Origin: an uncultured virus (IMG/VR IMGVR_UViG_3300034071_001673)
Taxonomy: Duplodnaviria; Heunggongvirae; Uroviricota; Caudoviricetes
IMG/VR virus record: IMGVR_UViG_3300034071_001673
Length of the DNA stretch: 64,000 bases
Direction: 5' to 3' (one strand)
The stretch's first letter is position 1, and each line of letters begins with the position of its first letter. The notes beneath the pieces are model-generated. The model was given only the letters and a program-made list of their open reading frames with translations, made no database searches and was not told the origin of the DNA. The translations under genes were made by a program, and so were the position numbers. This document shows, piece after piece, positions 9,810 through 20,900 of this stretch.

Positions 9810-12182
9810 TTACGACCAACGAATAATAACAATACCAGAACCACCTGCACCAGCACCACTGGTGTAAATTCCTCCGCCACCACCACCAGTATTAGGTGAT
9901 GCAGAACTTGCTGGACCAACACCACCCGATGCACCACCACCAGCTCCTCCTGATCCTCCGCCACTTTGACCACCACCGCCACCACCACCAGCATAAATTG
10001 CTGATGATCCGCTGATCGTCGAGAATGCTCCTGGTCCACCTACGCCGCCAGTTGAAGATGCATTTCCGCCAACACCACCAGCTCCGCCGCCTCCACCAGA
10101 TGCATTAGCAGGAGCATTTCCAGTGCCACCATTAAATCCTTGACCTGGAGTACCGAGACCAACTGTTGATGGATATTGTCTTTCAGCACCACCACCAGAA
10201 CCACCTGTTACTTGTCTTCCACCAGCACTATCAACACCACCACCGAGTGATGTAATAGTGCTAAACACTGAGTTAGTTCCATTACTTCCTGCAGCACCAC
10301 CGCCACCAATTGTAACTGTATATGATGATCCAGGCGAAACTGATAATCCAGAACCTGTTCTCAATCCACCAGCACCACCACCACCGCCATTACCGCCAGC
10401 TCCGCCAGCAATCACAAGGTATTCAACTTGTGTTGCTCCAGTGGGTGCTGTCCATGTTCCAGATGAAGTGAATGTTGCAAGGTTTGCGTTTGCGGTTGCA
10501 TATGCTTTGATAATAACGATACCAGAGCCGCCAGTATTTCCTGTTTGATTGCTAGGGAATCCTCCTCCTCCACCACCTCCGCCAAGATTTGCGGTGCCAG
10601 CTTGGGCAATAGAACTTGGATTGCCATTACTTCCATTTCCACCACCACCAGTTCCACCATTACCAGCTGTAGCAGGGCTTCCATTATTAGTTCCACCACC
10701 ACCACCGCCAGCATAAGTTACCGAAGAACCAGACAATGTAGAAGCAGTACCGTTTCCGCCATTACCACCAGTATTTGTTGCTCCATTAGATCCTGCAGCT
10801 GCAGCACCACCACCACCTCCACCTGAATTTCCAGGAGAAACTCCACCAGTGCCACCATTGTTACCTTGTGCTGGTGCAACTGCAGGTGTATTACCTGTTC
10901 CACCAGCACCAGCAGGAGATGTTCCGCCACCACCGCCACCACCGCTTCCGCCACTTAATCCAGTTTGTGTTCCTGAATTGCATCCACCACCACCGCCACC
11001 AGCAGAAGAAACATTTGCTGATGTATTTGATGTTAATGCAAAAATAGAGGCAGCACCATTTGCGCCTCTATTTGAAATATCACCTGCAGCACCACCTGAT
11101 CCGACTGTAATAGTATAAGATGTTGCTGGTGATACTGAGTATCCAGTGCCTGTTCTAAACCCACCTGCACCGCCTGCACCATAACCAGCTCCACCACCGC
11201 CACCACCGACGATCAAATAATCGATCAGCGAGACTCCTGTTGGCGCAGTCCATGATGTTGATGTTCTGAATACCCAGACATTGGCATTTGCACTTACGTT
11301 TGGTTTTGTGTATTTTAAAATTACTACGCCTGAACCGCCACTGCTGCCGTTATATCCACTTGGAGAAGGTCCACCACCAGATCCACCACCACCGCTGCCA
11401 GTGCTTGCTGGTGCTGCGCTCGGAGCATTTGAACCGCCTGCTCCACCATTGGCTCCACCTCCAGTTCCACCAGAACCACCAGAAACATCTGAACCACCCC
11501 CACCTCCACCTGCATAAGTTACAGAAGTTCCAGTAATTGAAGATGCTGTTCCATTTCCACCAGTACCTGCGCTTGATCCGCTGCCATTAGTTCCAACAGC
11601 ACCCGCACCGCCACCACCGCCTCCAGCATAGAAAGGAGCAGAAGAACTACCATTTCCACCGTTATTACCTTGCGATGGAGAAGTTGAAGGGGTGTTTCCA
11701 GTGCCGCCAGCCCCTCCTGCAAAACCACTTCCGCCGCCGCCAGAGCCACCTGCGCGTCCATTTTGAGCAGTTCCTGGTGCAGAATTGTCTAATCCAGCTC
11801 CTGCACCACCGCCAGCAGATGTAATCGTATCAAATACAGAAGATGATCCATTTGATCCATATATGCTTGGTGAGGTTGCACCATTACCGCCAGCGCCCAC
11901 AGTGATTGTATAAGAAGTATTTGGTGTTACAGCATAACCAGTGCCTGCTCGAAATCCGCCAGCACCCCCGCCACCACCGACGAATCTTCCACCCCCTCCG
12001 CCTCCACCGCCAATAACAAGATATTCAACTGATGTGACGCCTTCTGGTGCAGTCCATGTAGTTGTATTGGCGAAAGTTTCTACAACAATTTCTTGCGCTC
12101 CAACTGCGGCAGGTGTCGCGCGAGAATTGAAAATTCTCGTGCTTGATGCAAAACTTTGAAAGGCAAATAACTTCGAAGCCAT
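9810..12182 (-). CDS. Glycine-rich adhesin, 3 tandem polyglycine domains
   Basis: 790 aa paralogue ending IIRWS. Confidence 0.75.
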   Translation of the reverse strand: MASKLFAFQSFASSTRIFNSRATPAAVGAQEIVVETFANTTTWTAPEGVTSVEYLVIGGGGGGGGRFVGGGGGAGGFRAGTGYAVTPNTSYTITVGAGGNGATSPSIYGSNGSSSVFDTITSAGGGAGAGLDNSAPGTAQNGRAGGSGGGGSGFAGGAGGTGNTPSTSPSQGNNGGNGSSSAPFYAGGGGGGAGAVGTNGSGSSAGTGGNGTASSITGTSVTYAGGGGGGSDVSGGSGGTGGGANGGAGGSNAPSAAPASTGSGGGGSGGGPSPSGYNGSSGGSGVVILKYTKPNVSANANVWVFRTSTSWTAPTGVSLIDYLIVGGGGGGAGYGAGGAGGFRTGTGYSVSPATSYTITVGSGGAAGDISNRGANGAASIFALTSNTSANVSSAGGGGGGCNSGTQTGLSGGSGGGGGGGTSPAGAGGTGNTPAVAPAQGNNGGTGGVSPGNSGGGGGGAAAAGSNGATNTGGNGGNGTASTLSGSSVTYAGGGGGGTNNGSPATAGNGGTGGGGNGSNGNPSSIAQAGTANLGGGGGGGGFPSNQTGNTGGSGIVIIKAYATANANLATFTSSGTWTAPTGATQVEYLVIAGGAGGNGGGGGAGGLRTGSGLSVSPGSSYTVTIGGGGAAGSNGTNSVFSTITSLGGGVDSAGGRQVTGGSGGGAERQYPSTVGLGTPGQGFNGGTGNAPANASGGGGGAGGVGGNASSTGGVGGPGAFSTISGSSAIYAGGGGGGGQSGGGSGGAGGGASGGVGPASSASPNTGGGGGGIYTSGAGAGGSGIVIIRWS

Positions 12183-12183
12183 A

Positions 12184-12510
12184 TTAGGTAATTTCTGTTC
12201 CGAACACGCTGAACGTGATTACATTTGAAGATGCATTTACAGTGATCACATCAGTGTTGCCAAGAGTTAATCCAAGTGATAAACCAATCGCATCGCTTCC
12301 TGCAATTACAGAATCATAGGCAATATAATATTGATTTGCAACAGCAGCACCTGCAGGAAGCACTGCGATTCTATAATTCGTATTTGAAGAAGATCGATTC
12401 GTGACAATAATTGATGAGACTACTGTTGATGTTGCTGCTGGAACTGTGTAGACATTTGCAAACGCAGTTGTTCCAGCCACTTGTCCTAGAATTTTATATC
12501 TTTCTGCCAT
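12184..12510 (-). CDS. 108-aa adaptor protein
   Basis: MAERYKILGQ...VYTVPAAT...FGTEIT, paralogue of 6297..6623. Confidence 0.7.
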   Translation of the reverse strand: MAERYKILGQVAGTTAFANVYTVPAATSTVVSSIIVTNRSSSNTNYRIAVLPAGAAVANQYYIAYDSVIAGSDAIGLSLGLTLGNTDVITVNASSNVITFSVFGTEIT

Positions 12511-12522
12511 TGTAATGTCCTG

Positions 12523-12699
12523 TTATAAACTGAAAAAGACTTTTGCGAATCCACCACTAGCACTATTTGCTGCAGCATATGCATTATTCGCTGCAGCATA
12601 TGCAGCGTTGGCTTGACCATAAGCAGTGTTTGCTTGAGTGTGTATTGTTCCAAGATCTGTTTGTAATTCTTGAACTTGATATTGTTTTGGTTTTGCCAT
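12523..12699 (-). CDS. 58-aa mini-fibre/anchor protein
   Basis: Manual translation MAKPKQYQVQELQTDLGTIHTQANTAYGQANAAYAAANNAYAAANSASGGFAKVFFSL. TAATG overlap with the upstream stop. Confidence 0.7.
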   Translation of the reverse strand: MAKPKQYQVQELQTDLGTIHTQANTAYGQANAAYAAANNAYAAANSASGGFAKVFFSL

Positions 12700-14369
12700 T
12701 ATGCTGCAACCTTAATGATTACTATACCTGATCCACCAGTGCCGCCACCCATATAACCAGAAGGACCATTGCCACCGCCACCGCCGCCACCACCAAGACC
12801 AGCGGCTCCATTTGTCCCGTTAAGAGTATTTGATCCAGCACCACCACCACCTGATCCGCCAGTGCCTGCAGGAGCTGGGGCAACGTTGCCAGCTCCACCA
12901 CCGCCACCAGCGTAAGTTACAGATGTGCCTGTGATCGTAGATGCTGCACCATTACCGCCATTACCACCAGCAGAAGGTGCTGTTCCACCACTATCACCTG
13001 CCGCTCCAGCTCCACCTCCGCCACCTGCGCCCTGACCCGCTGCAGCAGAAGGTGTTGCTGCTCCACCATTATTTCCTTGAGATGGTGATGTTGATGGAGT
13101 ATTGCCAGCACCACCTGACGATGGTCCACCATTTAAACCGCCACCACCGCCTGATCCACCAGCACGTCCATTATTGCCAGCACCTGCAGGAGCATTATAC
13201 GATCCGCCACCGCCGCCACCTGCAGACGTTATTGTATCAAAAACTGAACTAGATCCATTGGATGCTTGTGGATTAGTTGAACTAACACTATTTGGTGATC
13301 CTGCACCACCAGATCCGACAGTAATGGTATAAGTGTTTCCAGGTGTAACTGCAAATCCAGTCCCTGTTCGGTATCCACCAGCACCACCGCCTCCGCCAAT
13401 AGTTCCACCTCCTCCACCACCAGCAACAACGAGATAATCAACGGAAGTGACGCCAGTTGGAGCAGTCCAAGTTCCAGATGTGGTAAATGTATAAACAGTT
13501 CCAACAACAGTTGGTTGGGTGTACTTAATAATTGCTAATCCAGAACCACCAGCACCGCCAGCTGCAGCATACCAATTCCCACCTCCTCCACCACCAGTGT
13601 TTGTTTGACCTGCAGTTGCGAGTGCGCCGTTTCGATATCCGCCATTTCCACCACCACCAACTCCTCCTGGTCCGCCATCTTCAGCGCCGCCACCACCACC
13701 TGCTATGTAATATAATCCACCAGACAATACACCAAAACCAGCAGATTGAAGTAACGTGCTGTGTACATTGGTTCCTGCTCCACCACCGCTTCCAGCTGAT
13801 CCTGCTTTACCTGCTTCTCCAGCTCCACCGCCACCGCCAGATCTGCCATAACCACCAGAACCACCACCTGCAGTTCCCTGACCGCCATCATATCCTTGTC
13901 TTGTTGCACTAATAAATGGGGATCCTGGATATACAGCGCTACCGCCTGGACCACTGTATGATGGTGTTGCGCCGCCACCTCCACCTGATCCGCCATTTTT
14001 ACCAGCAGATCCTGATCCACCATTATAAGCACCGCTTGTCCCACCACCAACAGCTGTTGTCATACTGAATGCACTTGAATTCACACCATTGCTGGCAGCA
14101 GCTCCACCAGCACCAACTGTAATTGTATATGTTGTTCCTGGTGTTACTGAAACTGAATTATTGTATACAACTCCACCTGCACCTGCTCCGCCAGCAAGGT
14201 CATTTGTTCCACCGCCACCACCAGCAACTAAAAGACATTCAACAGAAGTAACGCCTGTTGGGCATGTCCAAGAACCAGTTGATGTGAATGATTGAATGAC
14301 AGTTCCTGTGCCGAAACTGACACCAGTGGTAGAAAACGAAGCCATCAATGCTAAATGAATACCACCCAT
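12699..14369 (-). CDS. Glycine-rich adhesin, 2 polyglycine domains
   Basis: 556 aa, two FTS.G.WT.PTGVTSV..L.VAGGGGG units. Confidence 0.75.
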   Translation of the reverse strand: MGGIHLALMASFSTTGVSFGTGTVIQSFTSTGSWTCPTGVTSVECLLVAGGGGGTNDLAGGAGAGGVVYNNSVSVTPGTTYTITVGAGGAAASNGVNSSAFSMTTAVGGGTSGAYNGGSGSAGKNGGSGGGGGATPSYSGPGGSAVYPGSPFISATRQGYDGGQGTAGGGSGGYGRSGGGGGAGEAGKAGSAGSGGGAGTNVHSTLLQSAGFGVLSGGLYYIAGGGGGAEDGGPGGVGGGGNGGYRNGALATAGQTNTGGGGGGNWYAAAGGAGGSGLAIIKYTQPTVVGTVYTFTTSGTWTAPTGVTSVDYLVVAGGGGGGTIGGGGGAGGYRTGTGFAVTPGNTYTITVGSGGAGSPNSVSSTNPQASNGSSSVFDTITSAGGGGGGSYNAPAGAGNNGRAGGSGGGGGLNGGPSSGGAGNTPSTSPSQGNNGGAATPSAAAGQGAGGGGGAGAAGDSGGTAPSAGGNGGNGAASTITGTSVTYAGGGGGAGNVAPAPAGTGGSGGGGAGSNTLNGTNGAAGLGGGGGGGGNGPSGYMGGGTGGSGIVIIKVAA

Positions 14370-14370
14370 C

Positions 14371-14865
14371 TTATGATACGCTTCCTGTAATTACGCAAGA
14401 ATTTGAACTAATATAAAGAACTGTTGCAATGCCGCGAGTTGCTAGATTAAGAGATGTTCTATTTGTATTATTGCCAGAAACATATGCTGCCGCAGTGCTC
14501 AATGTAAGCACAACGTTGCTGCTTGTGTTATTGTAAACTGAAACAACATTACCACCACCAAATGTGGTGTTCGGAACTGTAATGCTTCCGCTAGTTGTTA
14601 CGATCACCAAACGACCAACATCATTTGCAGCGAGCGTATAACTGGTAGATTTTTCTGAACCAGAAATCGGAATTCCACGAAGATTTCCGAACGTGTCGCT
14701 GATCGTTGCAGCGCCATCTCTTACGAGCGCATACCCACCAGCCGTGGATCCGTCATGAACGACGACTGTTTCTTTATCAGTATCAATCGTCAATTCACCA
14801 TTTGCACCAGTAACTGATGCAGTGGCTGCAGTTCCATAACGTCTAAATTGTAATGTTGTTGGCAT
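14371..14865 (-). CDS. Short fibre protein with Mtd-N-like N-terminal domain
   Basis: MPTTLQFRRYG...GELTIDTDK...VHDGSTAGG resembles the major tropism determinant N-terminal domain. Confidence 0.55.
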   Translation of the reverse strand: MPTTLQFRRYGTAATASVTGANGELTIDTDKETVVVHDGSTAGGYALVRDGAATISDTFGNLRGIPISGSEKSTSYTLAANDVGRLVIVTTSGSITVPNTTFGGGNVVSVYNNTSSNVVLTLSTAAAYVSGNNTNRTSLNLATRGIATVLYISSNSCVITGSVS

Positions 14866-14891
14866 TTTAGTTCTCTCTTAAATCGTACAAT

Positions 14892-14899
14892 TATTTATC
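14892..14899 (-). promoter_or_regulatory. Late promoter-like element (GATAAATA)
   Basis: Intergenic, upstream of 14371..14865. Confidence 0.45.
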
Positions 14900-14910
14900 G
14901 TAAGAAGTCC

Positions 14911-17900
14911 TTAATTGAGGTCTGTTGGGTTAAATGGTAGAGTCAACATGAGATCATACGCATCGCTTCCAGTCATCAAATCTGTCGGTAACGATTCAGA
15001 AGATCTCTTTGTCAAAAGAACTCTATTATAAGTTACAAACGAAGTGGAATCAGTTGCAGTAAACAATAGTCGAACGTTGCTTCCGCTTATGTCAGAAGAA
15101 AACACGCCAACATTCGAACCAAAAGAAGATGTTCCATACTGTATTAAATTTGTAGTAGAGTCATCATGAATAATCATGATTTCAGTGGCATAATATCCAG
15201 CGCCACTTTCAACTTGAACTTGATACTTACCGCTGCGATAGGTATTCTTAGACCAAGAATCGACTGTTTCAACAGAAGATGTGCTTGTGTTATAGTTGTA
15301 TTCTGTTAAACCAGAACCTTCTAATGGTCCCAAATCACGAATATGTGTAAAGGTCAATACATCGTTAATCTCAGCAGCTGTATTTAACGTTACAGTATTT
15401 CCAGTCACTGTGAAGTGTAGATTTGGTGTGAGCAACAAACCATTCTTAGAGATAGAGAGTCGGCTTATTGCAGCAACATTACTCGTGACATAGAATGTAT
15501 TCGTTTGCGAAGCGACAGTGTTTGAATCAACTTCAATTTTTGTATTTGGATACTCTACAATATTAACTTGATCAAAATAACGAACTTCGATCGCATCGTT
15601 TGCCGCACCAGATTCGATTACAGTAAGTGTATTTCCACTGAGGCTATAATCCGTATTTGGTGTAAGAACAATACCGTTCTTAATCACAAAGATATATGAA
15701 GGATCTGATGGTGTTAATGGTAGAGCATACGTTAAATTTGCTGCAGCATTTGTGGAAGTATAAGAAACAGTTTTGATGATTGTATTTGACAATCCAACTG
15801 GAACAGAAATTGTTACATTACTTCCACTTGCTGTTGCAGTTACACCACCACCAGTAAAGTCAATCGAAGTTACAGCTGATGTAAGAGTTGTTCCTTCGTC
15901 TTTAACGATAACGTTAGCTGCGCCACCGCCACCACCAGTACTGGTGAATGTAATAGATTTTGGTGATGCATTATTGTTTGCAGCAATCGAAATTCCACTG
16001 CCAGCAATAAAGTTTACAGTATCAAGACCAACTGCAACAAGTCCAGCATTTCCATCTACGTTCCAATTCTTGAATGTACTATTCAACTGAATCGTGACTG
16101 TGTTCGAAGCAGCATTTACAACTGCCATTCCAGAGTCAGAATCAAATTGAATTGTATTGATATTGGTGTAAGTATTGACTACTGTTGAATTGCCAGCATA
16201 AATTTCCTTAACGGTGATTGGCGCATTTGCCTTTTCATACGCTGCATTTGCTTGAGCATAAACGATATTCGCTTGAGCGTATGCACCGTTAGCCTGTGCA
16301 TAGGCACCATTGGCTTGAGAATAAGCTCCATTTGCTTGAGCATAAGCACCGTTGGCTTGCGCATATGCGCCGTTTGCATCATTGTATGCAGCATTTGCTT
16401 GTGCATAGACAATATTTGCATGGGCATATGCACCGTTGGCGGTATCAAATGCTGCATTCGCTTGAGCATAAGCAACAATCACTGATGGTTCAATAACAAT
16501 GTTGCCAACCATACCACCATGAATTGAACACTGATAAACATAAGTGTTGCCAACAATATTATACGGAACCTTCCAATACAATGTTCCTGAAACTTGCCCC
16601 TGAGCGCTACCGTCAGTAGAAACAACACCAGTTGAAGAAACGTGAGTCAATCCAGTGTTATAATTTGCTCCGCCGCTTGACTGACGAATCATGAATGGGT
16701 GACCAGAAACGTTTAGATCGAACGCTAATGTTTCACCGCCTCTAACGTATACAGTTGGATTATTGCCAGGATATTGATCAAGTAAATATGCAGAGAAGCC
16801 AGAGTTTGTTACGTTGAGTCGTGTGACTGCAGGTTGGTAATTTGAATTGGCTTGAGCATATGCTAGATTTGCCGTTGCGTTTGCAGTATTTGCTGTGTTA
16901 TACGCAGCGTTCGCTTGTCCGTATGCATCATTTGCCGTAGCGCGAGCGGTATTTGCTTGAGCGTAAGAATCATTGGCTGTATTACGAGCAGTGTTTGCCT
17001 GCGCATAGGAATCATTCGCAGTAGTGCGTGCTGTGTTCGCCTGAGCATAAGCATCATTAGCTGTTGTTCGAGCAGTATTCGCCTGAGCGTAAGAGTCGTT
17101 AGCCGTATTTCTTGCAGTATTGGCTTGAGCATAAGAATCGTTAGCGGTCGTACGAGCTGTATTCGCTTGACCGTATGCGTCATTGGCAGTAGTTCTTGCA
17201 GTATTCGCTTGATCGTAAGATGCATTTGCAGTATCGCGAGCAGTGTTCGCTTGCAAATACGAGTCATTGGCAGTCGCACGAGCAACGTTGGCTTGTCCAT
17301 ATGCATCATTGGCGGTCGCGCGTGCCGTATTTGCTTGAGCATAAGCATCCAACGCAGAATCAAACGCATAGAAGAATGTGTCGCCGTCTGACCACTTCCA
17401 TTGATCAGTATTCTCATCCCACTTAATGACAGCGTTTGTTGAACTGCCGCGATTGATTGTGATGAAACTATCAAGAGTTGGCGATCCAGTAACATTCGAA
17501 TTGAGGATAATTTCGTTATCTTCAATTTTTAAAGTTTCAACATTAAGTGTGGTGCTATTTCCGAGTACAGAAAGATTACCAGAAACAACCAAATCACCAG
17601 AAATGGTTCCACCAGAAATATTAACTTTTAGATTTGCCTCATCATATGCATTATTGGCTTGGAGATAAGCAGCATTTGCTTGACCATATGCATCATTCGC
17701 AGTTCCACGCGCTGTGTTTGCCTGACCATAAGCATCATTGGCTGTAGTGCGCGCTGTGTTTGCTTGATTATAAGAATCATTCGCGGTTGTTCTGGCGGTA
17801 TTTGCTTGACCATAAGCATCGTTTGCTGTGTCTCGAGCAGTATTGGCTTGAGCATATGCATTGTTACCAGTATCACGTGCAGTATTTGCTTGAGCATACG

Positions 17901-20900
17901 CATCGTTAGCAGTTCCACGAGCAGTATTGGCTTGGTCATAAGCAGCATTTGCCTGAGCATATACTATGTTAGCATGCGCATATGCACCGTTCGCCTGATT
18001 GAACGCACCGTTTGCTTGATTGTATGCAGCATTGGCAGTATCTCTAGCAGTATTTGCTTGGTCATAAGAATCAAACGCAGCGATTAGATTTCCACTGCCA
18101 TCAATTTCAACACCAGAAACAACTAGTGTTGATCCATTTGATGTGATTACCGCATCACCCAAATGTAGTGCATTATTTGAAAGATAAAGATTCTTATATC
18201 TCTTGGTTGGTGAACCAAGGTCGTATGTAACATTTAAATTTGGCTGAACATTATTAGTAATGATGAAGGCACTCACATTGAGATTGCCTGTCATTGTATC
18301 GCCAGATTTTAGAACTCTGGTATTTGCATTATCATATGCAGCGTTAGCCTGAGCATAAACAATATTCGCGTGGGCATAAGCACCGTTCGCTTGAGAATAT
18401 GCACCATTAGCAGTATCAAATGCGCCATTTGCCTTATCATAAGCAGCGTTGGCTTGATTAAATGCAGCATTGGCTTGTGCATAAACTATATTAGCGTGAG
18501 CATAGGCTCCATTGGCTTGAGAATATGCACCATTCGCAGTATTATTTGCAGTATTGGCTTGATTATGAGCGAGTGTTAGATTTGCTTGAGTCGCAACAAC
18601 ATTACCCATCAAGAGTATGCTATTTGCAGCAATGTTTGCGCGAAGTGTTGCGAGTGTGGTATTTGCGAAGTCGACTATGTTATTTTGGTGACCAGAATCT
18701 AATAGATTATCAAACAAATACCAAGTAGCATCTCCAGCATCGCGAGCAAACCCAGTATGACTCAAGTTGCCGCTGGTATTTTTCGTGGCAATAAATCCTA
18801 TATCAACAATATCATTCAGAATATTATTTGCGCCAAGATAAATTAATGGGTCATCAACAGCATAAGTTGCCACATTGTAATATGTTGTATTACCAGTTAT
18901 GCTTAAATTACCAGAAACGTTCAATGAACCATTAATTGTACCGCCAGCAATATTAAGTTTTAGATTGGCTGTATCGTATGCATTATTGGCTTGAGCGTAG
19001 ACAATGTTAGCGTGAGCGTAGGCTCCATTTGCTTGGGCATATGCTCCATTCGCTGTGTCTAGAGCAGTATTGGCTTTGTCATATGCTGCATTCGCTTGAT
19101 TAAATGCGCTATTTGCCTGACCATAAGCGTCATTCGCAGTTGTTCTGGCAGTGTTTGCTTGATTATAAGCAGCGTTCGCTTGATCGAATGCACCATTTGC
19201 TTGACCATAAGCGGCATTTGCAGTATCACGAGCCGTATTTGCTTGAGCATATACAATATTTGCGTGAGCATAAGCCCCATTTGCTTGGGCATATGCGCCG
19301 TTTGCCGTATCTAGAGCAGTATTTGCTTGAGCATATGCGTCATTGGCAGTTGTGCGAGCTGTGTTCGCTTGTCCATATGCATTGTTGCCAGTATCGCGTG
19401 CAGTATTTGCTTGTGCATAGGCTGCATTTGCAGAGTCATTTCCAGTATTTGCCTGATTGAATGCAGCATTTGCTTGAGCGTAAACAATATTAGCATGCGC
19501 ATAAGCACCATTTGCTTGAGCGTATGCACCATTGGCTTGACCAAATGCTAGATTTGCTTGTGCATACGCTCCGTTGGCTTGAGCATAGGCGCCATTTGCT
19601 TGAGCGTATGCACCATTAGCGGTATCAAGAGCTGTATTCGCTTGAGCGTAAGCATTGTTGCCAGTATCACGTGCCGTATTTGCCTGGTCGCGAGCAGTAT
19701 TGGCTTGAAGGTAAGCGTCGTTTGCTGTTGTTCTTGCAGTGTTGGCTTGACCATAGGCATCATTGCCAGTTTCTCTAGCGGTATTGGCTTGATCACGTGC
19801 AGTATTTGCTTGAGCATAAGCATCTAAAGCAGAGTCAAATGCATAGAAGAATGTATCACCATCCGTCCACTTCCACTGATTCGTATTTTCATCCCACTTA
19901 ATCGAAGCATTTGTGTTGCTGCCACGATTGATTGTAATAAAGCCATCAAGTGTTGGTGATCCAGTTACATTTGAGTTGAGAATAATCTCATTGTCTTCAA
20001 TTGCAAGAGTTTCAACATTTAATGTTGTGCTGTTTCCTAGAACTTCTAGATTTCCAGAAACGATCAAATCACCAGTGATCGATCCACCAGAGATGTTAAG
20101 TTTTATATTGGCTTCAGCGTATGCATTATTGGCTTGTAAGTATGCATCATTAGCAGTATTGCGAGCAGTGTTCGCTTGACTATATGCATCGTTACCAGTA
20201 TCTCTAGCGGTATTCGCCTGAGCATATGCGTTGTTGCCAGTGTCTCTAGCAGTATTGGCTTGCAGATAAGCATTGTTACCAGTGTCTCTAGCGGTGTTTG
20301 CTTGAGCGTAAGAATCATTTGCTGTATCGCGAGCGGTGTTTGCTTGAGCATATGCGTTGTTGCCAGTATCACGTGCCGTATTCGCTTGAGCATATGAATC
20401 GTTGGCTGTGCTTCTTGCAGTGTTTGCTTGCTCATATGCATCATTTGCTGTTGTTCTAGCAGTATTCGCTTGATCAAAACTTGCGTTGGCTTGAGCGTAA
20501 ACTATGTTTGCATGAGCATATGCTGAGTTGGCTTGAGCATAGGCACCATTTGCCTGCGCATACGCACCGTTGGCTTGTGCATAAGCGCCATTGGCTTGGC
20601 TATATGCACCATTTGCTTGTGAGTACGCACCATTGGCAGTATCAAATGCAACATTCGCTTGAGCATAAATGATCGTTGATGGTGGCTCAATAACAATATT
20701 GCCAACCATCGCAGAATGCACTTGACATTGATAAACGTAAGTGTTGCCTTGAAGTTCAAATGGAACTTTCCAATAAAGAACACCTGTTGTTTTACCTTGT
20801 GCACTCGCCCCTGTAGAAATTACACCTGTAGTTTCAACGTGAGTCAATCCAGTATTATAATTTGCTCCACCATTTGATTGGCGGATCATGAATGGATGCC

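Noticed and set aside
575..14369. Many plus-strand Pro/His-rich ORFs and off-frame minus-strand Val-rich ORFs
   Set aside because: Shadows of the GGT/GGC-rich glycine codons, fully nested in the long genes.
575..14369. Mycobacterial PE-PGRS genes
   Set aside because: No PE domain. The context is an AT-rich T4-like phage and the similarity is compositional only.
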